DNA of 64,000 nucleotides from Anaerolineales bacterium (GCA_026129305.1 JAHCII010000001.1:26270-90269); one strand, 5' to 3'; shown: positions 15,119 to 24,845, counted from the stretch's first letter. Numbers and translations are program-made. Notes: generated by a model from the letters alone, not told the origin.

Positions 15119-17344
15119 ATGAAACCCGAGTCCAAAGACTTTAGCGCCCAAGTCGGTAACCAGACCCTCACATTTTCCACGGGCAAGGTCGCCCAACTGG
15201 CCGGCGGCGCGGTAACCGCCCGCCTGGGCGACACGCTGATCCTCGCCACCGCCACCATGTCGGCCAACCCGCGCAGCGGGATCGACTTCTTCCCGCTCAG
15301 CGTGGATTACGAAGAGCGCATGTACGCTGGCGGCAAGATCCCCGGCTCGTTCTTCCGCCGTGAAGGCCGCCCAAGCGAGGGCGCCATTCTGACCGCGCGC
15401 CTGACCGACCGGCCGCTGCGCCCGTTGTTCCCCAAAGACCTGCGCAACGACGTGCAGGTGATCATGTATGCCCTCTCCGCCGACGAAGAGAACGTCATCG
15501 ACGTGATCGCGGTCAATGCGGCTTCTGCGGCGCTGAGCATTTCCGACATCCCCTGGAACGGGCCGGTGGGCGCGGTGCGCGTGGGCCGCGTGGACGGCCA
15601 ACTGGTGATCAACCCAACCTACTCGCAGCTGGCCGTCTCCGACTTGGACCTGCGCGTGGCCGGCACGCGCGACGCGATCCTGATGGTGGAATGCGGCGCC
15701 AACGAAGTGGACGAAGACACCATGGTCGCCGCGCTGGAAGCCGCCCACCAGGCGATGCAGCCGATCATTGATATGCAGGTACAGATGGCCGAGCAGGTGG
15801 GCAAACCCAAGCGCGTCTACCAGAGCTTCAAGGTGGACGAGGCCCTGAAGGCTACGGTGCTGGAACGCACCCAGGCTGAGCTGGAGCAGATCTTTGACCA
15901 GCAGATCGGCAAAAGTGACCAATACGGCGCCATTGACGCGCTGCGCGACACGGTGGTGGCCGAACTGGCTGGCGACGACGCCGAGCTGGCTGGGCAAGTG
16001 AAAGAAGCCTACGGCTCGGCCGAGAAGGCGGTGGTGCGCCGCCGGATCATCGAGCAAGGCAAGCGCCCTGACGGCCGCACCCCGACCGAGATCCGCCCGA
16101 TCTGGTGTGAAGTGGACTACAGCCCGCGGGCGCACGGTTCCGGCATTTTCACCCGCGGCGAAACGCAGGTGCTGACCCTGGCCACACTGGGCACGCCGCG
16201 CGAGGCCCAGGAGCTGGACACGCTGACGCCGATCAAAGAAAAGCGTTACATGCATCATTACAACTTCCCGCCCTTCTCCACCGGCGAGGCGCGGCCGCTG
16301 CGCGGCTCCTCCCGCCGTGAGATCGGCCACGGCGCGCTGGCTGAGCGCGCCCTGGTGGCGGTGATCCCCTCCGAAAAAGAATTCCCTTACACGCTGCGCC
16401 TGGTCTCCGAGTGCTTGTCCTCCAACGGCTCGACCTCGATGGGCTCGGTGTGCGCTTCGACCCTGGCGCTCATGGACACCGGCGTGCCGATCAAGGCGCC
16501 GGTTTCCGGGATTGCGATGGGGCTGATCACGGACGGCAGCAAGTACCAGATCCTCAGCGACATCCAGGGCATTGAAGACCACCTGGGTGACATGGACTTC
16601 AAGGTGGCTGGCACGGACAAGGGCATCACCGCCCTGCAGATGGACATCAAGATCTCCGGCCTGACCACGCAGATGATGGCTGAGGCGCTGCAGCAAGCCA
16701 AGGCCGGGCGCAAGCACATCCTGGACAAAATGCTGGAAACCCTGCCGGCTCCGCGGCCAGACCTGAAAGCGCATGCCCCACGCATCACCACTGTGATGGT
16801 GCCGGTCGAGAAGATCGGCGCGGTGATCGGCCCAGGCGGCAAGACCATCCGGGCCATCCAGGAAGAAAGCGGTGCCAAGATCGACATCTCCGATGACGGC
16901 ACCGTGTTCATCGCCTCGGACAATGCCGAAGCGGCGCAGATCGCCCGCGAGCGCATCGAGGCGCTGACCGAGACGCCGGAGATCGGCCGCATCTACACCG
17001 GCAAGGTGGTACGCATCACCGACTTTGGCGCTTTCATCGAGATCATGCCCGGCACGGATGGCCTGGTGCATATTTCGCAACTGGACAGCGGCCACGTGGA
17101 AAGCGTGGAGAGCGTAGTCCAGATGGGCGACGAAGTTTCGGTAATGATCACCGACATCGATCCCAGCGGCAAGATCCGCCTGAGCCGCCAGGCCGTGCTG
17201 GAAGGCTGGACGGCCGAGGAAGCCCGCGAGAAGGACAAGGGCGGGCGACCCAGCGGTGGGGGCGGCGGCCGGCGGGACGACCGGCGCGGCGGGGGCCGCG
17301 ATGGCGGCCGGGGGGACCGCGGCGGGTTCCGCGGGCGCCGCTAG
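15119..17344 (+). CDS. pnp: Polyribonucleotide nucleotidyltransferase (PNPase) with an Arg/Gly-rich C-terminal tail
   Basis: Two RNase PH domains, a KH domain ('[20 protein letters not shown]') and an S1 domain ('[17 protein letters not shown]') are present. The tail reads '[34 protein letters not shown]'. Confidence 0.97.
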   Translation: MKPESKDFSAQVGNQTLTFSTGKVAQLAGGAVTARLGDTLILATATMSANPRSGIDFFPLSVDYEERMYAGGKIPGSFFRREGRPSEGAILTARLTDRPLRPLFPKDLRNDVQVIMYALSADEENVIDVIAVNAASAALSISDIPWNGPVGAVRVGRVDGQLVINPTYSQLAVSDLDLRVAGTRDAILMVECGANEVDEDTMVAALEAAHQAMQPIIDMQVQMAEQVGKPKRVYQSFKVDEALKATVLERTQAELEQIFDQQIGKSDQYGAIDALRDTVVAELAGDDAELAGQVKEAYGSAEKAVVRRRIIEQGKRPDGRTPTEIRPIWCEVDYSPRAHGSGIFTRGETQVLTLATLGTPREAQELDTLTPIKEKRYMHHYNFPPFSTGEARPLRGSSRREIGHGALAERALVAVIPSEKEFPYTLRLVSECLSSNGSTSMGSVCASTLALMDTGVPIKAPVSGIAMGLITDGSKYQILSDIQGIEDHLGDMDFKVAGTDKGITALQMDIKISGLTTQMMAEALQQAKAGRKHILDKMLETLPAPRPDLKAHAPRITTVMVPVEKIGAVIGPGGKTIRAIQEESGAKIDISDDGTVFIASDNAEAAQIARERIEALTETPEIGRIYTGKVVRITDFGAFIEIMPGTDGLVHISQLDSGHVESVESVVQMGDEVSVMITDIDPSGKIRLSRQAVLEGWTAEEAREKDKGGRPSGGGGGRRDDRRGGGRDGGRGDRGGFRGRR

Positions 17345-17370
17345 GCCTCTGCAGTTTCCAAGTAAAATCA

Positions 17371-17404
17371 AAACAGCCCCGCCAGATGACGGGGCTGTTT
17401 TTTG
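17371..17404. terminator. Bidirectional terminator between pnp and the SHOCT gene
   Basis: AAACAGCCCCG-ccagatga-CGGGGCTGTTTTTTG hairpin, with an A-run and a T-run on either side. Confidence 0.85.
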
Positions 17405-17413
17405 TCTAGATTC

Positions 17414-18142
17414 TTATTTCAATCGCCCCAACAATTTATTCTTTTGCGATTCATAGTCATCGTTAGAAATAGCGCCTGATTCTCGCAGTTTTGCTAATTC
17501 TTCAATTGTCGCCAAAATTTCTCTATTAGTGTTGTCAGCCACAAGAGCTTCATTTTTTCTGAAAAGATTATTTTTGCCCATTGAAATAGAAGTTTGAATT
17601 AGCTCCAAATCTCCCTTAAAGTGTCGTGCTATCTTCCACTCCCCCGTCGTAGTTACGACACGCAATATTCTTTCATCAACGGCGTGCGTTCCATGAATTT
17701 CTTCGAAAGAAATACGCCAAATCTGATCACCTTTATAGCGTTTTCGATCATCTCGCTCACCGCCAACTCCAGACAACACTTGATAGGCCAAGCTAGAAGG
17801 TACTGGAGGATAGTCTTTTGACAGTTTGTCAAAGACACATATGCAAAGACCGAAAGAACTAACGGCCAGATATCCAGTCCCGTACGAGCCTCTTAGCACT
17901 CTGTAGGATCTAGTTGAATATGTTCGCAATTGAGAAGTCTCATCCCAAATAAAACTACACGGCCAATACTCTACAAAGGCCTCATCGTTTTCTTCCAAAG
18001 AAGGTAGTAGCTCGCGTTCATAGTGTTCGTGAATAATTGAATACCAATCTTGCTTGGTGCCCTCGGTATTTGAAAGCTGCTCTTTTAGATACTCTTCATG
18101 ATGAGTTGCTAAGTCAAGCAATCTTTGTTCTAAATCTTTCAT
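17414..18142 (-). CDS. Hypothetical protein with a C-terminal SHOCT domain, encoded on an AT-rich islet
   Basis: The C-terminus 'ILATIEELAKLRESGAISNDDYESQKNKLLGRL' matches the SHOCT pattern. The central part may be PH/GRAM-like. GC content is much lower than in the neighbouring genes. Confidence 0.65.
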   Translation of the reverse strand: MKDLEQRLLDLATHHEEYLKEQLSNTEGTKQDWYSIIHEHYERELLPSLEENDEAFVEYWPCSFIWDETSQLRTYSTRSYRVLRGSYGTGYLAVSSFGLCICVFDKLSKDYPPVPSSLAYQVLSGVGGERDDRKRYKGDQIWRISFEEIHGTHAVDERILRVVTTTGEWKIARHFKGDLELIQTSISMGKNNLFRKNEALVADNTNREILATIEELAKLRESGAISNDDYESQKNKLLGRLK

Positions 18143-18201
18143 TTACCTCTCCAGATTCTTATTGTATCAAGAGTATCCACAATTCAAATGGGCTTCCATT
18201 A

Positions 18202-18304
18202 GTCATTGCGGCGAAGCCTAGTCAATGAACGCTCTGCCAAATCGGTGACCTTTCAAGATTGCTTGGTCGTTCGGCGGCATTGCCGCCTCGCTTCCCGCAA
18301 TGAT
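18202..18304. repeat. 'CATTGCG' element copy or copies upstream of the SHOCT gene
   Basis: GTCATTGCGGCGAAGC (18202-18217) is inverted relative to GCTTCCCGCAATGAT (18290-18304). There is an inner hairpin GGCGGCATTGCCGCC (18273-18287). AGATTGCTTGGTCG (18256-18269) matches the reverse complement of 2088-2101 with one mismatch. Confidence 0.55.
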
Positions 18305-18430
18305 GGGCAGTATTTTATTCTATGCATGTTGGACGCGTGTGGGGAACTGATGGAACCTGTCAAGTAGATGACTGTAAGGTTAGCAGCGGGGTGGGTACTA
18401 TATACTTAAGCTAGGTAGTAGAAGTATCTA

Positions 18431-20722
18431 ATGCGATCTTTACACGGCTTTGGTCTTTGTCTATTGGCCCTGCTTTTGGCTGCCTGTTCGCCAGGCGCTA
18501 CAGCAAACCAGCCTGACACGCAATCCAGCGCAGCTGACACTCCGCCACGCTTGGCTTTGGATGTGCCGCGTATAGCGATCCGGGTAGTGGAGGGTCGCGG
18601 CGAATTCTATAACTCACGCACCGGCCAGACTTTCGTCGCCCGCGGCGTCAACTATGTCGACTTTTACCGGGCGGAGCATGGGGGTTACGAAGACCGCCTG
18701 ATGGCCACCAATGTCTACGACCCACAGCGGGTGCGGGCAGCTTTCCGACTCCTGGCCCAATACGGCTACAACACCGTGCGCATCTTCTTCGATACCTGCG
18801 GCAGCGGGCCTTTTTGCATCGGCAACCCCGCCGGTAGCGGCCTCAATCCCGCCTATCTCGACAACATGGTCGACCTGATGCAGATCGCCGGTGAGGAAGG
18901 CATTTACATCATCTTCACCGCCAATTCGGTGCCGGAGAACGGCGGCTACTGGGCGTACTTTGACCAGCAGATCTATTCAGCCGATCAACGCTTCGGGTTT
19001 GAAGACTACCGCAACGCCGATTGGCTGCACCCGGCTGGGATAGAGATCAAACGCCACTTTTGGCAGGACTTGATGGCCGGGATGGTCGAGCGCGAAGCGC
19101 CCTTCGAGGTCATACTCGGCTGGCAGCTCACCAATGAGCTGTGGCTATGGAAAGACGTGCCCCCACTATCGCTGGACCAAGGCCAAGTCACCATTTCCAA
19201 CGGGAATAGCTACGACATGGCCGATGAAGCTCAAAAACGCCAGATGGTCGTGGATGGCGTGCTTTTTTATATAGACGAGGTGGCCGCGATCGTCAAACAG
19301 CACGACCCACAAGGATTGGTGACCGTAGGCTTCTTCGCGCCGCAATTCCCTAACCCGACCGGTATCGGCGGGGACTGGTATGTGGATACGGCCCCGTTGA
19401 TCGAAAGCGAGGCGGTGGATTTTTGGGACTTCCATGCCTACTACGACACCGACCTGAGCGTGGAACAACAAGCGGAAAATTTTGGCATGCTAGGGCATGA
19501 AGAAAAGCCCGTCATCATGGGCGAGACCGGTTCCGGGCACGCCATCTTCCCTTCGGCCTTCACCGCCCTCAGCATCGGTCTGCAGTACATCGCCGACTCC
19601 TGCGCAGTGGGCTTTGACGGCTGGCTGCACTGGGGCTACTACCCCTGGCCGGACGATCTGGACGGCAAGCCCTGGACAATGCTTGAAGAAGATCAGCTGA
19701 TGCTGAAGGCCATGTCGCCGGCCCAGCAGCCGGACCCCTGCGTGGTGCCGCCGCAGGAACAAGCCAACGTGGCGCTGGGGCGGGCAGTGCAATCCTCCAG
19801 CCAGCTCGTCGAAAACCCCGCCCGGGCCGCAGTGGATGGCAAGAGCACACCCTGGAACGCCGGCAATTACCCACCGCAATGGATCGAAGTGGCGTTGGAT
19901 GAAGCCACCACCATCCAGCAGGTGGGCATGAGCATTGAGCAATGGCCCCCCGGAAATACCCGTCACCAGGTCTGGGCCAGGTTCGAAGGCGGCGCGCAAG
20001 TGCTGGTGGCTGAATTCTACGGCTTCACCAGCCTTGATGGGCGGCTGGTCTTCCGGTTGCCCATCCCGCTGGCTGGGGTGAGCGCGGTGCGCATCCTGAC
20101 CCTCGAGAGCCCGGCTTGGGTCGCATGGCGCGAGATCGAAGTGATCTCCGCGCCCCCGTCAGATACAGACGCCTGCATTGGCCGGGCTCTGGTCACCACC
20201 CAGTTGCGCCGCTGGCCAGGCGGCGACCAGCCCAGTGTCTCCCAGTTGAGCGTTGGACAGCTGGCCTACTTGGATGGACGCTTGGAGGCAGCGGATGGCA
20301 GCCAGTGGCTGCGGGTGGGCGCCGGTTTATGGGCAGCCGCCGAAGATCTGGCGCTCTCCGGTGACTGTCAATCGAGCTTGCTAAGCGGCCAACCGCTGCC
20401 GTTCACGGTAGCAGTCACCTTTCAGGTTGAGGCGCCAGCCGGCTCGGGACCGGAGATCTTCATGGGCGGGGATCTACAGCACCCTGGCATCCCGCCCTGG
20501 ACTCCGTGGAGTGTGCTGCTGCAGCCAAGCGGCAATGTGTATCGAGTGACGGTGGATCTGCCGGTGGGCGAGGAGATCCGCTATGCCTACAATCTGGGCG
20601 GCTGGGAGCGGGTCGAGCGCGGCGTTAACTGCGCCGAGACGGCGCCGCGCAGCTTGGTGATCGAAGCCGACCCGATGCTGGTCGAAGACACTGTTTTGAA
20701 CTGGTTGGGCACACATTGCTAA
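18431..20722 (+). CDS. Secreted multidomain glycoside hydrolase (GH5-like clan GH-A, F5/8 type C discoidin, SH3-like, CBM-like)
   Basis: Lipobox 'LLAACS' is present. GH5-type motifs are 'YGYNTVRIFF', 'LTNELW' (acid/base NE), 'FHAYY' and 'IMGETG' (nucleophile). The discoidin-like stretch is 'NVALGRAVQSSS...WNAG...QWIEV', and the C-terminal 'FQVEAP...IFMGGD...YAYNLGGW' resembles a CBM. Confidence 0.65.
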   Translation: MRSLHGFGLCLLALLLAACSPGATANQPDTQSSAADTPPRLALDVPRIAIRVVEGRGEFYNSRTGQTFVARGVNYVDFYRAEHGGYEDRLMATNVYDPQRVRAAFRLLAQYGYNTVRIFFDTCGSGPFCIGNPAGSGLNPAYLDNMVDLMQIAGEEGIYIIFTANSVPENGGYWAYFDQQIYSADQRFGFEDYRNADWLHPAGIEIKRHFWQDLMAGMVEREAPFEVILGWQLTNELWLWKDVPPLSLDQGQVTISNGNSYDMADEAQKRQMVVDGVLFYIDEVAAIVKQHDPQGLVTVGFFAPQFPNPTGIGGDWYVDTAPLIESEAVDFWDFHAYYDTDLSVEQQAENFGMLGHEEKPVIMGETGSGHAIFPSAFTALSIGLQYIADSCAVGFDGWLHWGYYPWPDDLDGKPWTMLEEDQLMLKAMSPAQQPDPCVVPPQEQANVALGRAVQSSSQLVENPARAAVDGKSTPWNAGNYPPQWIEVALDEATTIQQVGMSIEQWPPGNTRHQVWARFEGGAQVLVAEFYGFTSLDGRLVFRLPIPLAGVSAVRILTLESPAWVAWREIEVISAPPSDTDACIGRALVTTQLRRWPGGDQPSVSQLSVGQLAYLDGRLEAADGSQWLRVGAGLWAAAEDLALSGDCQSSLLSGQPLPFTVAVTFQVEAPAGSGPEIFMGGDLQHPGIPPWTPWSVLLQPSGNVYRVTVDLPVGEEIRYAYNLGGWERVERGVNCAETAPRSLVIEADPMLVEDTVLNWLGTHC

Positions 20723-20861
20723 CATCTCACCTCTTAGAAGATTTTGATGACGCCTTCCAATTCGGAATCACAACGCAAAGAATGGTGTGATCCTCCATCC
20801 ACTCCCTTGACGCGGCCGTCTATCTTCACCACTCCAGCCGCGTCTCTTGTATATAGTCTGC

Positions 20862-21479
20862 ATGATCACCCGCCGCCTGCTTCACGCCATCATCCTTGGC
20901 CTGCCAGAGGAATTTCTCCAGCACCTGCCCCCACCCTGGCCCCTCATCGCCCGCCTCATCCACTTAGCCCGCCTGGAGGGTGCCAGCCCTGCCACTTCGC
21001 TGCGCTACGCCTTATACCGCTTGGGGGCCACCGGGCGCCAGACTCTCCGTAAAAGCCTCTCCATCATCTGGCCAGTCATGAACTTGCCTGGCCTCAGCTA
21101 CCGCCAGCGTGAAGTCCTCATCGTCCTGCGTTCGCTCCAAACCGCCTCGCTCACCCAAATCTGCACCCTCGTCTTGCAAGACCGTTCCAACACCTTTCGC
21201 CGCCTCGCCGTCCTCGTCCGCAAAGACCTTGCCATCAAGTTCAACAAAGGCAGTGCCGTTTTCTACATGGCCGTCCTGGTCCCTCTCAACCGCGCCGAAA
21301 AGGCCGCCATCAACCAAATCCTCGACCAATTGGTTAACAATTTCCCGAACGAAAACGAGGTAGACCTGCGCCAATACCAACAGGCCGCCGAACCATTGCT
21401 CCCCTGGTCCGAAAACTATCGCAAAAACAAGGCAGAAAACCAACAACACCTACAACAGCAACAACACGGACAATTATGA
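20862..21479 (+). CDS. Hypothetical winged-helix (MarR-like?) protein with a Gln-rich C-terminus
   Basis: 'LSYRQREVLIVLRSLQTASLTQICTLVLQDRSNTFRRLAVLVRKDLAI' has a wHTH-like pattern. The tail is 'NQQHLQQQQHGQL'. The family was not recognised. Confidence 0.35.
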   Translation: MITRRLLHAIILGLPEEFLQHLPPPWPLIARLIHLARLEGASPATSLRYALYRLGATGRQTLRKSLSIIWPVMNLPGLSYRQREVLIVLRSLQTASLTQICTLVLQDRSNTFRRLAVLVRKDLAIKFNKGSAVFYMAVLVPLNRAEKAAINQILDQLVNNFPNENEVDLRQYQQAAEPLLPWSENYRKNKAENQQHLQQQQHGQL

Positions 21480-21547
21480 CAACATCCAGCACACAAAGGA
21501 ATAGCGCCGCCGAACGCCGCGCCACTATTCTACGTGTAGAGTATTCG

Positions 21548-22048
21548 CTATCTCCGGCCGAACAGACCACTCAGTACCGCTGCCAGCCACTCAACCCCCA
21601 CAACCAGGCCCCACAGGACCGCACTGGCGACCAACAAGGGAGGCATCAGTTGCGGAAAGGCGTCTTTGAGCATGGTAATCGAATTGCCGTCAAACCAGAA
21701 CGCAAACAGGCATAGCGTCGCAAAGATCGCCGCCCCCAGCAAAAGATTGTGCAGACCGCTGCGCAGGCGGGCTTGCGCAAAGCTGCGTTTTTCAGCCTCG
21801 GCCCCAGGCAGGCTCAGTTGGGCATCCACACCCGCCAAAAGCGTATCCAGGTCCCGGTCCAGCTCATCCAAACTACGCGTGGTTTCCATTTCATCTCCTC
21901 GATTGTCTTTGGTCAATGCTTCGGCCAGGCGCCGCAGGCTGGCGTCTTCCACCAGGGCGGTCTCAACCAGCAGACGACCCTGCGGGCTAAGCTCGCCCGC
22001 GGCATACAGCGGCAACAAATCCACGATGACTTCGCGTGCTATGTTCAT
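21548..22048 (-). CDS. Putative membrane-anchored anti-sigma factor
   Basis: 'VIVDLLPLYAAGELSPQGRLLVETAL' resembles an anti-sigma N-terminal helix. There are C-terminal TM segments. The start overlaps the ECF sigma stop as ATGA. Confidence 0.5.
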   Translation of the reverse strand: MNIAREVIVDLLPLYAAGELSPQGRLLVETALVEDASLRRLAEALTKDNRGDEMETTRSLDELDRDLDTLLAGVDAQLSLPGAEAEKRSFAQARLRSGLHNLLLGAAIFATLCLFAFWFDGNSITMLKDAFPQLMPPLLVASAVLWGLVVGVEWLAAVLSGLFGRR

Positions 22049-22539
22049 TCTTCCTCCAGGTGCTGGCGAGCCAGCAACAGTTTCAAGCGCGCCCGATGCA
22101 CGGTGACCTTGGCTGTCGAGAGAGTCAGGTTCAAGGCAGCCGCGATCTCCGCATAGCTCAGACCCTCCACAGCACGCAGCAGCAAGGCATGGCGTTCATG
22201 GGGTTTCAAACCAGCCAGTGCCTCGGCCACCCAGGCCAATTGCTCGGCCTGTTCAGCGGCAGCCTGCGGCGAAGGCAGGCCAGCCGGCCAGTGATCCTCC
22301 ATGGCCTGCTCGCGTCCATACTTGCGGCGGTCTTCCAAGTAGAGATTGCGGGTAATGGCGAACAGGTATGCCCGCAAAGTGGGCTGGCGCAAATCATCCC
22401 AGCGCAGCCAGGCCCGCACGAAGGCTTCGCTGGTAAGGTCTTGGGCCAGGTGAACATCACCGCACAGCCAAAAGGCAAAACGCTGAACAGCGGGGGCGTA
22501 CCGTTCGTAGACTTGATGAAATTCCATCAACGCTTCCAT
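22045..22539 (-). CDS. ECF-subfamily RNA polymerase sigma-70 factor
   Basis: Region 2 'DLTSEAFVRAWLRWDDL...YLFAITRNLYLEDRRK' and region 4 'LSYAEIAAALNLTLSTAKVTVHRARLKL' are present. Confidence 0.9.
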   Translation of the reverse strand: MEALMEFHQVYERYAPAVQRFAFWLCGDVHLAQDLTSEAFVRAWLRWDDLRQPTLRAYLFAITRNLYLEDRRKYGREQAMEDHWPAGLPSPQAAAEQAEQLAWVAEALAGLKPHERHALLLRAVEGLSYAEIAAALNLTLSTAKVTVHRARLKLLLARQHLEEE

Positions 22540-22664
22540 GCAGTATATGCAGGCGAAGCCAGAAAGTTACAAAGGGACTTTATTGGATGCGGCGGGGACA
22601 GCAGAGTAACCGGCCCGCCATGCAATATTGCAGATTGCGACTGCCGCTGGGCAGTTGACGTAGA

Positions 22665-23213
22665 TCAGGAGGTCTTCTGATAATGCAACGCCACAATGCC
22701 AGACCGGAAAGTTCGCGTCTCCACCAGCTTCAGCGCATGCACACCGCCGTCCTCAAACAGGCGCGGGCCTTGGCCGGCAATCACCGGGTGCACGACGAAG
22801 CGGTACTCGTCAATCAGCCCCCAGCGAGCCACTTGCGAACCCAGATCCAACCCGCCAATCGAAACAACCTTGCCCGGTTGCTCCTTCCATTTCAGCACTT
22901 CTTCGCGCAAACCTTCGCGCCGCAGCGTAGCATTCACCCACTCGGCCCGTTCCAATGTCTTGGAGAAGACGATCTTCTGCAGTGCATCAAAGGCCAGGGC
23001 AAACTCATTCTCACTGTCACTACCGGACTGGGCCACGCCCACTTCATGCCAGTAGGGGTACATCAAGTCATAGGTCTTGCGGCCCATAATCTCAGCATCA
23101 GTCTCTTGCAAGAGCTGGGTGAAATACTGCATGGTTTCATCGTCCGGAATCCCCGACTCATGGCCGCAGTAACCGTCTATGGTAATGTTGATGGCAAAGA
23201 TTACTTTTCCCAT
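22665..23213 (-). CDS. Dihydrofolate-reductase-family protein (RibD C-terminal domain, YwjB-like)
   Basis: 'VIFAINITIDGY', 'IMGRKTYDLM', 'LIDEYRFVVHPVIAGQG' match the family. Confidence 0.8.
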   Translation of the reverse strand: MGKVIFAINITIDGYCGHESGIPDDETMQYFTQLLQETDAEIMGRKTYDLMYPYWHEVGVAQSGSDSENEFALAFDALQKIVFSKTLERAEWVNATLRREGLREEVLKWKEQPGKVVSIGGLDLGSQVARWGLIDEYRFVVHPVIAGQGPRLFEDGGVHALKLVETRTFRSGIVALHYQKTS

Positions 23214-23240
23214 TTGTTGCTCTCCTACATCTGCTAATCG

Positions 23241-24779
23241 CTATCCACTAGTCGGCAGTTTCGGCATTTCTGGGCCGGGGACGCCCAGGTATTCAGCCAG
23301 GGCGGCCCGGGTGGCAATGCGGTCATCCCAGGGGTATTCGATCTCACCGAAGCACATCGACTGCTCGTGGCCCTTGCCCAAGACCATCACCAGGTCGCCA
23401 GGCTGGGCCTGCAGCAGGGCGAAGGAGATTGCCGCGCCCCGGTCGCGCACGCGGAAGAAGCTCTTGCCCTCGGCGCCGCCCTTATGCCGCGCGCCGGCGG
23501 CCATCTCTTCCAAGATGCCGTCCAGCGACTCGCTGCGCGGGTCCTCGGCGGTCAGCACACTGACGTCGGCCAGCTCAGCGGCGGCCTCGGCCATCATGCG
23601 CCGCTTGGCCTTGTCGCGCAGGCCGGCGGAGCCGAAGACGGCGATGACCCTACCCTCGGTGAGCTGGCGGCCCGCCTTCAGGGCGGCAATCAAGGCGAAG
23701 GGCGTATGGGCGAAGTCCACAATGGTGCTGAAGTCCTGGCCCATCTCGATCCGCTCCATGCGGCCCGGCACGCCCTGCAGGGCGGCGAGACCCTGCTGCG
23801 CCGCCTCTACTGGCAGCCCGAGGCCGACCACCGTGGCGCCAATCGCGGCCAAGGCGTTGGAGACATTGTAGGCGCCAAACATGGGTGTCTGCACCGGAAA
23901 ACGCAGTCCGCCAGGACCTACAGCGGTGAAGCGGAGGCTGCCCGGCTGGTTGACCACATCCTCGGCGCGCAGATCGGCCTCAGCATGCAGGCCGTAGGCC
24001 AGCTGCGGGGCGCTCACTCGGGCAGCCAGCCCCGCATAGGAGCGGTCGTCACGGTTGAGCACCGCCAGGCGGCCCACTGGGCGCGTTTTATCGGCCGGCT
24101 GCGCCAGTCCATCAAAGAGCCTGGCCTTGGCATCGAAATAGGCCTCGTAGGTGCCGTGGTCGTTCAGGTGCTCGTGAGTGATGTTGGTCACCACGCCAAT
24201 ATCAAATTCTGCGGGACGCGCGCCGCGCTGCTGGGCCAGGCCGATCGAGGTCATCTCCAACACGGCGTGGCTCAGCCCGGCGTCGGCCATTTGGCGCAGG
24301 TAGGCTTGGGTGTCAAAAGCTTCCGGCGTGGTGACGTGGAAGCCGGTGTCCAGCACCTGCTCGCCGATCTGGGCGTTGACCGTGGAGATCATGCCGGTAT
24401 CCAAGCCAGCCGCTTGCAGGATCTGGTAGATAAAGTTGGACGTGGTGGTCTTGCCATCCGTGCCGGTCACGCCGATCATGGTCAGCGCGCGGGCCGGGTA
24501 GCCGTAGAAGGCCGCTGAGGCCGCCGCCAGGGCGGCGCGCGCATCGGGCACCTGGATGTGCGGGATCGGTAGCTGCACGCCGGGGCGCTCGCCGACCACG
24601 GCCACCGCCCCGCGCGCCAGCACCTCATCGAGGAACTGGTAACGGTCCACGCCCTGCACAATGGCGAAGAAGACGTCGCCCGGCTTGACCAGGCGCGAAT
24701 CCAAGGCCAAGCCGCCAACCGGCACATCCGGCAGGGCTGCCTGGGTGATCTCCCTTAGCAGTTCAGATAAGCTGAGCAT
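23241..24779 (-). CDS. murE: UDP-N-acetylmuramoyl-L-alanyl-D-glutamate--2,6-diaminopimelate ligase
   Basis: The 'GVTGTDGKTTT' P-loop, 'EMTSIGL', 'TAEDPRSE' and Mur ligase domain order are present. Length is 512 aa. Confidence 0.93.
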   Translation of the reverse strand: MLSLSELLREITQAALPDVPVGGLALDSRLVKPGDVFFAIVQGVDRYQFLDEVLARGAVAVVGERPGVQLPIPHIQVPDARAALAAASAAFYGYPARALTMIGVTGTDGKTTTSNFIYQILQAAGLDTGMISTVNAQIGEQVLDTGFHVTTPEAFDTQAYLRQMADAGLSHAVLEMTSIGLAQQRGARPAEFDIGVVTNITHEHLNDHGTYEAYFDAKARLFDGLAQPADKTRPVGRLAVLNRDDRSYAGLAARVSAPQLAYGLHAEADLRAEDVVNQPGSLRFTAVGPGGLRFPVQTPMFGAYNVSNALAAIGATVVGLGLPVEAAQQGLAALQGVPGRMERIEMGQDFSTIVDFAHTPFALIAALKAGRQLTEGRVIAVFGSAGLRDKAKRRMMAEAAAELADVSVLTAEDPRSESLDGILEEMAAGARHKGGAEGKSFFRVRDRGAAISFALLQAQPGDLVMVLGKGHEQSMCFGEIEYPWDDRIATRAALAEYLGVPGPEMPKLPTSG

Positions 24780-24795
24780 GATGACCCGCCCATGA

Positions 24796-24826
24796 TAACA
24801 AAAGGACGCCCATTGCTGGGCGTCCT
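24796..24826 (-). terminator. Rho-independent terminator after the atp F0 operon
   Basis: Minus strand reads AGGACGCCC-agcaat-GGGCGTCCTTTTGTT. Confidence 0.8.
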
Positions 24827-24845
24827 GTAAGCTCTCGGCAAAAGA

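Noticed and set aside
14990-17371. 793-aa ORF antisense to pnp
   Set aside because: It lies exactly opposite a well-supported PNPase gene. It is Ala/Gly/Arg/His-rich low complexity with no recognisable motifs. This is a typical shadow ORF in high-GC DNA.
17405-18430. Integrase, transposase, tRNA attachment site or direct repeats defining the AT-rich islet as a mobile element
   Set aside because: None was found by eye. Only one ORF and short palindromic repeats are present, so I report it as a compositional islet and not as a mobile element.
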